From Thermoflexia bacterium (GTDB taxonomy: Bacteria > Chloroflexota > Anaerolineae > B4-G1 > SLSP01), in contig DUEJ01000012.1 of assembly GCA_011192175.1 (NCBI GenBank), forward strand, positions 1 through 55,094: DNA of 55,094 bases, given 5' to 3'. Under the pieces are notes generated by a model. That model was not told where the DNA came from. It ran no database searches and was given only the letters and a program-made list of their open reading frames with translations. Position 1 is the first letter of the stretch. Every line of letters begins with the position of its first letter. Of the stretch, positions 9,412 through 18,544 are shown in pieces. The position numbers and the translations under genes are program-made.

Positions 9412-9515
9412 GTATCATCTCAATATTTCGGGGGCTTGTAGCGCGGAATGGTATTCCGCCCGCCGGGTTGACAATCCGGGATACAACCGGCCCTAATTTT
9501 TTGAGATGATACCTA
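9412..9515 (+). repeat. Two-hairpin interspersed element, copy 1 (family D)
   Basis: 9433-9515 is 81/83 identical to the reverse complement of 14654-14736. A 12-bp inverted repeat GTATCATCTCAA (9412-9423) / TTGAGATGATAC (9501-9512) bounds it. Confidence 0.85.
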
Positions 9516-9623
9516 ATTTCTTTCTTAGCGCCTTTGTGGCAAAATTACTCTGTCTCGTGGTGAGTTATCTTTTTTCGCGATGAGCAAGTGTAATTTTCCC
9601 AGAATTTAAAGGGAGGTATGACA

Positions 9624-11126
9624 ATGCATATTGCTTTTTTGAATCCACAGGGGAATTTTGACTCGCGAGATAGTTATTGGACTGAGCACCCTGACTTCGG
9701 CGGGCAGTTAGTCTATGTGAAGCAAGTCGCTCTGGCGCTGGCGGAATTGGGCCAGCAGGTGGATATTTTGACACGCCAGATTATTGCTCCTCATTGGCCG
9801 GAATTTGCCGGCAAATTTGATGCTTACCCGGAAGCGAAGAATGTGCGTATTATCCGTTTGCCAGCCGGCCCAGAGAAGTTTTTGCGCAAGGAGTCGCTCT
9901 GGCCTTATCTGGTGCGGGATTGGGTTCCCCACATCTTGGAATTCTACGGCGAGGAGTTGCCCGACATCTTTACTACCCATTACGGCGATGGGGGACTCTG
10001 CGGCGCGCTCTTGGAAGACGCGACCGGGACGCCGTTTACTTTCACCGGGCACTCGTTGGGGGCGCAGAAGATGGACAAGCTGCACGTCAGCGCCGAGAAT
10101 TTGGCCGAGATGGATGCGCAATTCCACTTTGGGGCGCGCTTGAAGGCAGAACGTCTGAGCATGAACCGTTCGGCGGTGAATTTTACCAGCACCACGCAGG
10201 AACGGCAGGAGCAATACGCCCATCCGGCCTATCGCGGCGCGGTGGAGACGGCGGATGACCGCCGCTTCGCCGTCATCCCGCCCGGCGTGAACCTGACTAC
10301 CTTTGGAGCAGCTGCGCACTCTGCCCATGAGGAGACAGTGCAGGAACACGTACAGGCGATGTTGGCCCGTGATGTGGCGGCCGAGCGACGCGAATTACCG
10401 GCGATCATCGCATCCAGCCGCCTGGATCCCAAGAAGAACCATTTGGCTCTGGTACGGGCCTTCGCACAACATCCCGCCTTGCAGGAGCGAGCGAATCTGG
10501 TAATTTTTACCGGTGCGTTGGATGATCCGTTGCACGTTAACGCCGGGGCCAGCTTGACAGAGATGGAAGTACTGGCCGGCCTCCGCACGGTGGTGGAAGA
10601 ATATGACCTCTGGGGCAAAATCAGCGCCTTCGCGCTGCGCGGTCAACCGGCTCTAGCGGCGGCTTATCGCTACTTGGCGCGGCGAGGCTCCGTCTTCGCG
10701 CTCACCGCGCTCTATGAACCGTTTGGTCTGGCTCCATTGGAGGCTGCCGCCGCCGGGTTGCCTGTCATCGTGACGAAAAATGGCGGTCCCAGTGAGAGTT
10801 TGGTGGACGCGGAGACGGAGTATGGCGTACTGGTCGATCCCACCGACCCGGCGGATATCGCGCGCGGTTTGATGCGGGTCTTGGGCGATGCCGCGAGTTG
10901 GGCCAACTTCGCGGCGCGGGGACGTCAGCGGGTGTTGGATGGCTACACCTGGGAACGCACGGCGTCCGGTTACTTGGCCCGGATGGAAAAGGTGGTGGCC
11001 GCTCCGGCGGCTAACCGCCCGGCAGAGCTGCTGCCGCTTCATCCTTACTTCCGCGTTCCCACGGCCGAGAACGCCATCACGCTGGCCGAACTGGCGCAGT
11101 TGTATTTTGGCGAGTCAGCGGATTAG
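9624..11126 (+). CDS. Sucrose-phosphate synthase-like GT4 glycosyltransferase
   Basis: HIAFLNPQGNFDSRDSYWTEHPDFGGQLVYVKQVALALAELG and FTGHSLGAQK match my recollection of bacterial SPS (the Halothermothrix type). ATG 9624 has better spacing from GGGAGG (9611-9616) than ATG 9618. Confidence 0.7.
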   Translation: MHIAFLNPQGNFDSRDSYWTEHPDFGGQLVYVKQVALALAELGQQVDILTRQIIAPHWPEFAGKFDAYPEAKNVRIIRLPAGPEKFLRKESLWPYLVRDWVPHILEFYGEELPDIFTTHYGDGGLCGALLEDATGTPFTFTGHSLGAQKMDKLHVSAENLAEMDAQFHFGARLKAERLSMNRSAVNFTSTTQERQEQYAHPAYRGAVETADDRRFAVIPPGVNLTTFGAAAHSAHEETVQEHVQAMLARDVAAERRELPAIIASSRLDPKKNHLALVRAFAQHPALQERANLVIFTGALDDPLHVNAGASLTEMEVLAGLRTVVEEYDLWGKISAFALRGQPALAAAYRYLARRGSVFALTALYEPFGLAPLEAAAAGLPVIVTKNGGPSESLVDAETEYGVLVDPTDPADIARGLMRVLGDAASWANFAARGRQRVLDGYTWERTASGYLARMEKVVAAPAANRPAELLPLHPYFRVPTAENAITLAELAQLYFGESAD

Positions 11127-11219
11127 CGGGTCAGCGTCTTGGCGTCTGCGCCTCGCGCGGTCAAAAATCATGTTTTAACTGGGAACAACTACCTGACTAG
11201 TTAACAAAAGGAGAATCTC

Positions 11220-12848
11220 ATGCAAGTGGATTGGTATAAAGATGCAGTTTTCTACGAAGTGTTTGTACGCGCGTTCGCCGATAGCGACGGGGATGGCATC
11301 GGGGATCTGGCCGGCTTGACCTCCAAGTTGGATTATCTGCGCTGGTTAGGTGTTGACGCTATCTGGATGTTGCCCATCTTCCCCTCACCGCTACGCGATG
11401 ATGGGTATGACGTGAGCGACTATTACACTATTCACCCCGATTATGGAACCCTGGCCGATTTCCGCGCGCTGATGGCCGCCGCGCACGAGCGCGATTTGAA
11501 GGTGCTGGTGGAATTGATCCCCAATCACACCTCCGATCAAAATGCCTGGTTCCAGGCTTCTCGTGATCCGCAACACCCGGAACATGAGAAGTACCGTGAT
11601 TGGTACGTCTGGAGCGACACGGATCAGAAATATGAAGAGTCGCGTATTATCTTCTTGGATTATGAGCCTTCTAACTGGACTTACGATGAGGTGCGTGGCG
11701 CCTACTTCTGGCATCGCTTCTTCCATCACCAGCCGGACCTGAACTATGATCATCCGGCGGTGCAGCGTGAGATGTTGCGGATAATGCAATTCTGGGCCGA
11801 CCTGGGAGTGGATGGCTTCCGGGTGGATGCGACTCCCTATCTGATTGAGCGTGAGGGGACCAGCTGTGAGAACTTGCCGGAGACTCACGCTTATCTCAAG
11901 CGGATGCGCAAGTTCTTGGATGCTTACGCGCCGGGCACGTTGTTGCTCTCTGAGGCGAACCAATGGCCGGAAGATGTGCGCCCCTACTTTGGGGAGGGCG
12001 ACGAGTTCCAGATGAACTTCCACTTCCCGTTGATGCCGCGTATTTTCATGGCCCTGGCGCAAGCCGACCGCACTCCCATCGAGCAGATCTTGGCGCGCAC
12101 GCCAGAGCTGCCGGAAGGTTGCCAGTGGGGGTCTTTCCTCCGCTGCCATGACGAGCTGACGTTGGAGATGGTGACGCCGGAGGAGCGGGAGTTCATGTGG
12201 GATTTCTACGCGCCGGAACCGCGGATGCGCCTCAACCTGGGTATTCGCCGCCGCTTGGCCCCGTTATTGGAAAATAACCGGGCGCGTATTGAGGTGGCGA
12301 ACTCTATCTTCCTCACCCTGATTGGTTCACCGGTGCTCTACTATGGCGATGAGATTGGTATGGGGGATAACATCTGGTTGGATGACCGGGATGGCGTCCG
12401 CACGCCGATGCAGTGGGAGGCTAGCGAGAACGCAGGCTTCTCCACTGCCCCCGCAGAGCAGCTCGCCGCTCCCGTGATCGAGGATGAAATCTACGGCTAC
12501 CGAAAAATCAACGTCGCTGCGCAACGGGAGGACCCGGACTCGCTGCTTAACCGAATGCGAGAGTTGCTCCGTATCCGCAAGAAATATCCGGCCTTTGGAC
12601 GGGGCGAGCTGCACCTGCTGGAAGTACATCCGCACACCGGGTTGGCCTATCTGCGCGCCACCGTTGCGGAGACGTTGATCATCTTTAACAACCTGGCACC
12701 TGAACCCCAAACCGTTTCCGTTGATCTGGCAGACTATGCGGGGAAAACGCCAGTGGATATCCTGACTGGGGAAACTTACCCGCCAATAACTGAAGAGCTG
12801 TATGTGGTTGAACTGGCGGGCTACGGCTATTGTTGGCTTAAAATCTAG
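11220..12848 (+). CDS. treS: Trehalose synthase / maltose alpha-D-glucosyltransferase (GH13)
   Basis: WYKDAVFYEVFVRAFADSDGDGIGDLAGL, SPLRDDGYDVSDYY, GVDGFRVDATPYL, LSEANQWPEDV, FLRCHDELTLEMVT and YYGDEIGMGDN make up the classic TreS signature set. Confidence 0.85.
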   Translation: MQVDWYKDAVFYEVFVRAFADSDGDGIGDLAGLTSKLDYLRWLGVDAIWMLPIFPSPLRDDGYDVSDYYTIHPDYGTLADFRALMAAAHERDLKVLVELIPNHTSDQNAWFQASRDPQHPEHEKYRDWYVWSDTDQKYEESRIIFLDYEPSNWTYDEVRGAYFWHRFFHHQPDLNYDHPAVQREMLRIMQFWADLGVDGFRVDATPYLIEREGTSCENLPETHAYLKRMRKFLDAYAPGTLLLSEANQWPEDVRPYFGEGDEFQMNFHFPLMPRIFMALAQADRTPIEQILARTPELPEGCQWGSFLRCHDELTLEMVTPEEREFMWDFYAPEPRMRLNLGIRRRLAPLLENNRARIEVANSIFLTLIGSPVLYYGDEIGMGDNIWLDDRDGVRTPMQWEASENAGFSTAPAEQLAAPVIEDEIYGYRKINVAAQREDPDSLLNRMRELLRIRKKYPAFGRGELHLLEVHPHTGLAYLRATVAETLIIFNNLAPEPQTVSVDLADYAGKTPVDILTGETYPPITEELYVVELAGYGYCWLKI

Positions 12849-12953
12849 CGCTCCGTCAAACTAAAAAAGGGATGTAGCTAAACGCAGCCGCCGCTCACAG
12901 ATTAAAAATGATAAATTAGGATTTATCCGCGAAAATCTGTGTCTTCAGCACCC

Positions 12954-14471
12954 TCAATCTTTTAGCGAAATTTCATAAATTGGCTCTGGTTCGGCTTGTC
13001 CTTTGAATTTCACCGCTGGCAATCTGGTGGCGGGCAGGCGACTGCACACTTGCGCATAGGTGTGCTGGCAGATGATAATTCTTCTGGCCGGGGCCAGCTC
13101 TTGGAGCGCGTGAGCTTTGTTGACCGTTGGGCCGACCACGGTGAAATTAACGAGCTTATCTGTGCCGACGTTGCCGACAATCGCTTCCCCAGTGTAGATG
13201 CCGATCCCAAAATCCAACCGATGTTTCGGGGGGAGTTGTGGGTGTAGCTTACGCATGGCTTTAAGGATATGTACCGCCGTCTTGACAGCTTGGAGCGCAT
13301 AATCGGGCTGGGGCAGCGGCGCATTGAAAAAAGCCATAATCTCATCCCCCATAAATTTATCTAAGGTACCTCCCATCTCCAGAAGTACCTCGGTGGCGGC
13401 GGCGATGTGTTGGTTAAGTATCCGGATCAGGATTTCTGGCGGTGTTTGCGCGCTAAAGGTGGTGAAGCCGCGCAGATCAGCAAACAGCACCGAGATATCT
13501 TGTCGTTGCCCGCCAGGTCGCACCTCGTTAGGTCGCTGCAAAATCCGTTCGACTACCGGCGGCGAGACATAATGTTCGAAGAGGTTACGGATCTCACGTT
13601 TCTCTCGTTGCCGGCGTTCTTCCACCTCGGCCAACAAACGGCTGTTGGCGATGGCGATGGCTGCGTAGTCGGCTAACATATCTAAGAGCCGTTTATTATG
13701 GGAAGTTAACCTCTCGCGATTGCGTTTGTTACTTACCGTTAGTGCGCCTAATACTTTATCTCCAACTTTCAAGGGCACAGCCATCATTAAACTGGTGGCT
13801 TGGGTCATGATATTGGGATGAATTTCATCTTGGGTGTAGGTAGCGCCAGAACGCTGTTTTTGAATGCGGACGGTGGATTTTCCGGTCTGAGGATCACGGA
13901 GCACCAGCGCTCCATCCATGGCATCGGTCAAGTAGAGAGCGGCCGAGACTATGCGTTCCCAGAGCTCTTTTGGCTCACCGAGGAGAGCTACTGACTTACT
14001 GACGTGATAAAGTGTATCGAGCTCGCGCAGCCGCTGATTCAAATGCTCATTGCTTCTCTGTAATTCGAGCATAAGGTTATCACGCTCTCGTTCAAGATGG
14101 ACGTTCTGTAGTACCTGTTCTATGGAATCTAAGAGCCTCTCCACGGTGAAGGGTTTGGGGATGTAATCGCGTACTCCTAAACGGAAAACTTCCACGGCCA
14201 CCGACTCTGAACCGTAGGAAGTAATGAGGATGGTAGGAATGGATACCTGCCGTTTCTTGAGTGCGCGCAGCACTTCAATGCCGTTGAGGTAGGGGAGCTC
14301 ATAATCTAAGAGGAGTAAATCCGGTTGTTTGGTAGTGGCCTTCCTCAACCCTTCCTGGCCATCAATGGCTAGCAATACCCGGTACCCTGCCGGCTCAAGG
14401 ATAGAATTTTTGACAAATTCTCGAATTTCTCGACTATCATCTACGATGAGGATACGAATTTCTTTTCTCAT
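12954..14471 (-). CDS. Response-regulator receiver / GAF / class III adenylate (guanylate) cyclase
   Basis: The N-terminal REC has ILIVDDS and DLLLLDYELPYLNG. A GAF-like segment sits in the middle. The C-terminal cyclase core is ISVLFADLRGFTTFS...GGTLDKFMGDEIMAFF...GIGIYTGEAIVGNVG. Confidence 0.8.
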   Translation of the reverse strand: MRKEIRILIVDDSREIREFVKNSILEPAGYRVLLAIDGQEGLRKATTKQPDLLLLDYELPYLNGIEVLRALKKRQVSIPTILITSYGSESVAVEVFRLGVRDYIPKPFTVERLLDSIEQVLQNVHLERERDNLMLELQRSNEHLNQRLRELDTLYHVSKSVALLGEPKELWERIVSAALYLTDAMDGALVLRDPQTGKSTVRIQKQRSGATYTQDEIHPNIMTQATSLMMAVPLKVGDKVLGALTVSNKRNRERLTSHNKRLLDMLADYAAIAIANSRLLAEVEERRQREKREIRNLFEHYVSPPVVERILQRPNEVRPGGQRQDISVLFADLRGFTTFSAQTPPEILIRILNQHIAAATEVLLEMGGTLDKFMGDEIMAFFNAPLPQPDYALQAVKTAVHILKAMRKLHPQLPPKHRLDFGIGIYTGEAIVGNVGTDKLVNFTVVGPTVNKAHALQELAPARRIIICQHTYAQVCSRLPATRLPAVKFKGQAEPEPIYEISLKD

Positions 14472-14653
14472 ACCTACTCTTTCTTACCTGTTGAAATTTG
14501 CTAGATTATAGCATATCATCTCAATAATCCGGGGTAATTTTTACCACAGAGAGACACGGAGGGCGCCGAATTTTTTATTTTTCTCCAGGTCTCTGTGGGG
14601 AGCATGACAGCTACCACAATGTTTCCCCTCCCATTTATTGAGAAGCTACATTA

Positions 14654-14736
14654 TAGGTATCATCTCAAAAAATTAGGGCCGGTTGTATCCCGGATTGTCA
14701 ATCCGGCGGGCGGAATATCATTCCGCGCTACAAGCC
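14654..14736 (-). repeat. Two-hairpin interspersed element, copy 2 (family D)
   Basis: It is the reverse complement of 9433-9515 with 2 mismatches. Confidence 0.85.
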
Positions 14737-14767
14737 ATTATAGCCTTGTTATGCTGAAAGAACAAAA

Positions 14768-14823
14768 GGAAGCGAGAAAACGAGGAAGCGAGGAGACGAA
14801 GAAGCGAGGAAGCGAGGAAGCGG
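14768..14823 (-). repeat. Octamer-period tandem repeat (family B), 7 units
   Basis: The plus strand reads GGAAGCGA GAAAACGA GGAAGCGA GGAGACGA AGAAGCGA GGAAGCGA GGAAGCGG. The CT-rich strand is the minus strand, matching the flanking genes. Confidence 0.85.
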
Positions 14824-14843
14824 TTGCTTACTGGCTGAACCAC

Positions 14844-15896
14844 TTAACCGCTGATGAATCCTCCCCCCAGTACTACCGCTCCGTGGTAACAGACTACCGA
14901 TTGCCCTGGGGCCGGGGCGCGCTGCGGTTTCGCAAAGGTGACGGTGGCTTGGGTATCTGTTTGCAGCTCGATGGCAGCCGGGACCGGCGGTGACTGATAC
15001 CTGATTTGTACCTCCGCCGTGAACCGTGGCGCTGGCGCTGCTCCTTGCGTGAAGGTGAGGCCGGTGAGCTGGCAGCTAGTCCGTAACAAGCGTTCCGCAG
15101 GTCCCACAATCAGCGCGTTCTCTACCGGATGCAAAGCCAACACGTAGAGGCGTTGGTGGGTCGCGATTCCCAGGCCGCTCCGTTGCCCAATGGTGTAGCG
15201 GGGCAGGCCGTAATGTTCCCCTAATACCTCGCCGGCCTCGTTAAGAATGGGGCCGGGTTGGAAGCTCTCTGGGCGCAGGGTTTGGAGCAGCGGGCGGTAA
15301 TCTGCTCCGCCCAAGAAGCAGAGGTCCTGGCTATCGCGTTGTTCCGCGTCGGGCAAGCCCAGACGCCGGGCAATCTCCCGTACCTGGGATTTGTTTTCCA
15401 GCTCACCTAGTGGACAGCGTAGCCGCGTGAGATGCCGTGGCGTGAGGCGATAGAGCATGTAGCTCTGGTCACGTTGGCGACTGCGCGCGCGTAGTAAACG
15501 CGCTGTGCCGGTGGATGTGTGTTCCACGCGCGCGTAGTGCCCAGTGGCGATCCACTCAGCTTCTGCTTCCGCGGCCGCCGCCAGCAGCGCGTCAAATTTG
15601 AGCGTGGGATTGCAAGTCACACAGGGATTCGGCGTGAGTCCGTGGGCATAATCGTCTGCGAAGCGGGCCACTACCCGCTGATAGAAGCGCTCTCGCAAAT
15701 CCAGCACGCGCAGCGGAATGTGCAGCGCTTCCGCTAGTGCGCGCACGCCATCCAGAACATTCTCGCTCTCAATCTGGGGAGCTTGCCATAATTGCAACGT
15801 CACGCCCCGCACCTCGAAACCGGCCGCTAAGAGCAAGGCCGCCGTTACCGCGCTATCCACGCCGCCGCTTATCCCTACTACAACTCTCTCGGTCAT
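14844..15896 (-). CDS. mnmA: tRNA-specific 2-thiouridylase (tRNA U34 2-thiolation)
   Basis: PP-loop VVVGISGGVDSAV, TPNPCVTCN and DSQDLCF motifs. Its 350 aa is the typical length. Confidence 0.9.
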   Translation of the reverse strand: MTERVVVGISGGVDSAVTAALLLAAGFEVRGVTLQLWQAPQIESENVLDGVRALAEALHIPLRVLDLRERFYQRVVARFADDYAHGLTPNPCVTCNPTLKFDALLAAAAEAEAEWIATGHYARVEHTSTGTARLLRARSRQRDQSYMLYRLTPRHLTRLRCPLGELENKSQVREIARRLGLPDAEQRDSQDLCFLGGADYRPLLQTLRPESFQPGPILNEAGEVLGEHYGLPRYTIGQRSGLGIATHQRLYVLALHPVENALIVGPAERLLRTSCQLTGLTFTQGAAPAPRFTAEVQIRYQSPPVPAAIELQTDTQATVTFAKPQRAPAPGQSVVCYHGAVVLGGGFISG

Positions 15897-16018
15897 CTTG
15901 TTGACATCCTCCCAAATAGTTATAGAATAATCACAATCGCATTTTGTGGTTGGGCAAGTACACTTGCGACCACACTATACTTTATTTATAGTATCATAGA
16001 TCTAAAGGAGATGAAGAT

Positions 16019-16357
16019 ATGGAACAACCAGATATGGCACCAGATATGAATGTTACGGATGATGATAAGCTTTGGGCACTGCTCAGCTGGATTTTTGCTC
16101 CGCTAATTCCCCTTGTCGTCTTGTTGTTGGAAGATAAGAAATCTCGCCCTTTCATCAAATACCACGCGATGAACGCCTTGGTGTTTAGCGTAATTGGATA
16201 CGCGATCTCGACCATCTTGAGCGCGGTGGTGATTGGTTGCTTTATCGGCGTGGCGGTTCTGATTTATCAGATCTACCTGGCCATCCAGGCTTACAAGGGC
16301 GAATGGGTTACTGTACCGGTACTGACCGATTTCATTAAGGGTCAGGGGTGGATATAA
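16019..16357 (+). CDS. Small integral membrane protein (DUF4870-like)
   Basis: 112 aa. DDKLWALLSWIFAPLIPLVVLLLEDKKSRPFIKYHAMNALVF resembles the DUF4870 family pattern. RBS AAGGAG lies upstream. Confidence 0.55.
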   Translation: MEQPDMAPDMNVTDDDKLWALLSWIFAPLIPLVVLLLEDKKSRPFIKYHAMNALVFSVIGYAISTILSAVVIGCFIGVAVLIYQIYLAIQAYKGEWVTVPVLTDFIKGQGWI

Positions 16358-16396
16358 GCTAACTCTGCTAGCAACCTTAAGCAATTGACTTGAAAG

Positions 16397-16428
16397 CAGC
16401 GGCCCCCGGAAGGGGCCGCTGTTTTTTT
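16397..16428 (+). terminator. Rho-independent terminator (convergent gene pair)
   Basis: CAGCGGCCCC-CGGAA-GGGGCCGCTG followed by TTTTTTT. Confidence 0.7.
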
Positions 16429-16491
16429 GTTGGGGGCAGATTTGGATACTCGAAGTAATACCGGAGCTTACGTCATCAATTTGAGAAATTT

Positions 16492-18336
16492 TCACTCCAC
16501 GGTGACGGACTTCGCCAGATTCCGGGGCTGATCCACGTCCGCGCCGCGCCGCACGGCGATGGCGTAGGAGAGCCACTGCAAGGGGATGGTGTTCAAGATG
16601 GGGGCCAAGAAGGGCGTGGTGCCCGGCACTTCCATGACGTAATCGGCTTTCGCCGCGGCCAACTCGTCACCTTGCTCTACCAACGCGATGACGATGCCGC
16701 CCCGCGCTTTCACCTGCTCGATTTGACTGATCATTTTCTCATAGACGCCATCGCGCGTCGCCACCGCGACTACCGGCATCATCCTATCAATGAGGGCGAT
16801 GGGACCGTGTTTCATCTCGCCGGCGGGATAGCCTTCTGCGTGGATGTAGGAGATTTCCTTGAGCTTGAGCGCGCCCTCCAACGCGATGGGGTAGTTCGGG
16901 CCGCGTCCCAGGTAGAGGAAGTGATCGCGGGTGTAGAAGATCTCGGCCAGTCTATGATAGATTTCCACTTCCTCCGCCACTTGTCCGGCTAATTGCGGGA
17001 GACGCGCTAAGGCGGCTATAGCTTCCTCCAACCGTTCCCCCTGGAGCACGCCTCTTTGGGTCCCCAGCTGGAGCGCGAGCAGGTAAAGATCCACCAAACT
17101 GGCGGTGAACGCCTTAGTCGAGGCCACGCCAATCTCTGGCCCCGCGTGCATGAGGATATAACCATCGGAGCTGCGCTGAGCCTGGCTGCCCAGGACGTTC
17201 ACAATCGACCAGAGTTTAGCCCCCTGACGTTTCCCCTCCTCCATCGCGGCCAAGGTATCCACCGTCTCCCCGGATTGCGTGATCGCGAGTACCACATTAT
17301 TCTTCCCAACCAGCGGGCGGCGATAACGGAACTCAGAACCATAATCGACCTCCACGGGTACTTCGGCCAGATTTTCCAACATAAATTTACCGACCAAGCC
17401 GGCATGGTAGGAAGTGCCGCACGCCACGATGGTGATCTTCTCCAGCTCACGCGCCTCGGCAACCGTCAAGGGAAGCGTCTCCAAATGCACGCGGTTGCTG
17501 CTAAAATTCACCCGCCCCCGGATCGTATCGGTGATCGCGCGGGGCTGCTCGGCGATCTCCTTCTGCATAAAGTGGCGGTAGGCGCCCTTCTCCGCCGCGA
17601 CCGGATCCCAGGAGATAGCGTGGATTTCCGGTTCCAGCGGTGCGCCGCTCAGAGTGGAGAGTGCGATTTTATCGCTGCGCACCACGGCCAATTGCCGATT
17701 TTCCAAGAAGATGATCTTCCGCGTATGCTTGAGGATCGCGGGAATGTCCGAGGCGATGAACGTCTCTCTATCCCCCAGACCAATGACGATGCCGCCAGCG
17801 TTGCCCAACCGGGCGACCACTATCCGGTCAGGTTGCCGGGTGCTGATGAAGACGAAGGAGCTGGCGCCCTCAATGCGGAGCAAGGCCGCGCGCACCGAGG
17901 CCGCGAGATCACCGCTCTGAGCTAGTTCCCGCTCCACGAGCTGTGCGACGACCTCGGTATCGGTCTCTGAGGTAAAGGTGACACCCTCGGCTTGCAATTC
18001 GCGCCGCAGGCTAGCGTAGTTTTCGATGATCCCGTTGTGAACGACGGCCACCTCCCCATTCATGCCCAGATGCGGATGCGCGTTCTCCTCCGTCACGCCG
18101 CCGTGGGTGGCCCAGCGCGTATGCCCGATGCCGATATGCCCGGAGAGGGGAGCCAGTTCCAATCTCGCAGCGAGGTACAATAATTTGCCGACCGCGCGCT
18201 CGGTTACAATTTCACCGGCCTCATGCAGTACGGCGATGCCGGCTGAATCATAACCACGATATTCAAGCCGCTGTAACCCCGCCAAAACCAGGGGGGCGGC
18301 TGCTTGCGTTCCAATATAACCAACGATACCACACAT
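16492..18336 (-). CDS. glmS: Glutamine--fructose-6-phosphate aminotransferase
   Basis: It starts MCGIVGYIG (the Ntn Cys after Met). Two SIS domains are present and it ends KSVTVE. Its 614 aa is the typical length. Confidence 0.95.
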   Translation of the reverse strand: MCGIVGYIGTQAAAPLVLAGLQRLEYRGYDSAGIAVLHEAGEIVTERAVGKLLYLAARLELAPLSGHIGIGHTRWATHGGVTEENAHPHLGMNGEVAVVHNGIIENYASLRRELQAEGVTFTSETDTEVVAQLVERELAQSGDLAASVRAALLRIEGASSFVFISTRQPDRIVVARLGNAGGIVIGLGDRETFIASDIPAILKHTRKIIFLENRQLAVVRSDKIALSTLSGAPLEPEIHAISWDPVAAEKGAYRHFMQKEIAEQPRAITDTIRGRVNFSSNRVHLETLPLTVAEARELEKITIVACGTSYHAGLVGKFMLENLAEVPVEVDYGSEFRYRRPLVGKNNVVLAITQSGETVDTLAAMEEGKRQGAKLWSIVNVLGSQAQRSSDGYILMHAGPEIGVASTKAFTASLVDLYLLALQLGTQRGVLQGERLEEAIAALARLPQLAGQVAEEVEIYHRLAEIFYTRDHFLYLGRGPNYPIALEGALKLKEISYIHAEGYPAGEMKHGPIALIDRMMPVVAVATRDGVYEKMISQIEQVKARGGIVIALVEQGDELAAAKADYVMEVPGTTPFLAPILNTIPLQWLSYAIAVRRGADVDQPRNLAKSVTVE

Positions 18337-18432
18337 AATTCCTCCTCTGAAAATAGACAGCTAGTCTTTGGTCTTGTAGTCGGATAGTCATTTTAGAGCT
18401 TTGTGAGGGTAGTTCGGACTCTTTGAGAATGT

Positions 18433-18500
18433 ACGAAAAAGCGAGAAAGCGAAAAAGCGAGAAAGCGAGAAGGCGAAAAGGCGAAAAGGCGAGAAGGAGA
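18433..18500 (-). repeat. Octamer-period tandem repeat (family B), about 8 units, inside the glmS leader
   Basis: The plus strand reads ACGAAAAA GCGAGAAA GCGAAAAA GCGAGAAA GCGAGAAG GCGAAAAG GCGAAAAG GCGAGAAG. This is CU-rich in the glmS mRNA sense. Confidence 0.85.
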
Positions 18501-18544
18501 GTGAACAATAAAGCGGGGGAGCGAGAGGCGAAGGAGTACCATTG

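Noticed and set aside
14768-14823. Possibility that the short tandem repeats (families B and E heptads) are CRISPR arrays
   Set aside because: The period is only 7-8 nt with no unique spacers. Units are degenerate and no cas genes are present.
14595-14993. 132-aa plus-strand ORF between the cyclase gene and mnmA
   Set aside because: It is built from family D and family B repeats and then runs antisense into the 3' end of mnmA. The start context is unconvincing.
17056-17925. Long antisense ORFs inside well-supported genes (17056..17925 in glmS, 29878..30978 in nifJ, 9708..10349 in SPS, 11391..12149 in treS, 5463..6107, 50827..51471, 19048..19716)
   Set aside because: These are typical stop-poor antisense frames of GC-rich coding DNA. 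The sense-strand proteins have unmistakable family signatures, and the antisense translations are Arg/Gly/Pro-rich nonsense.
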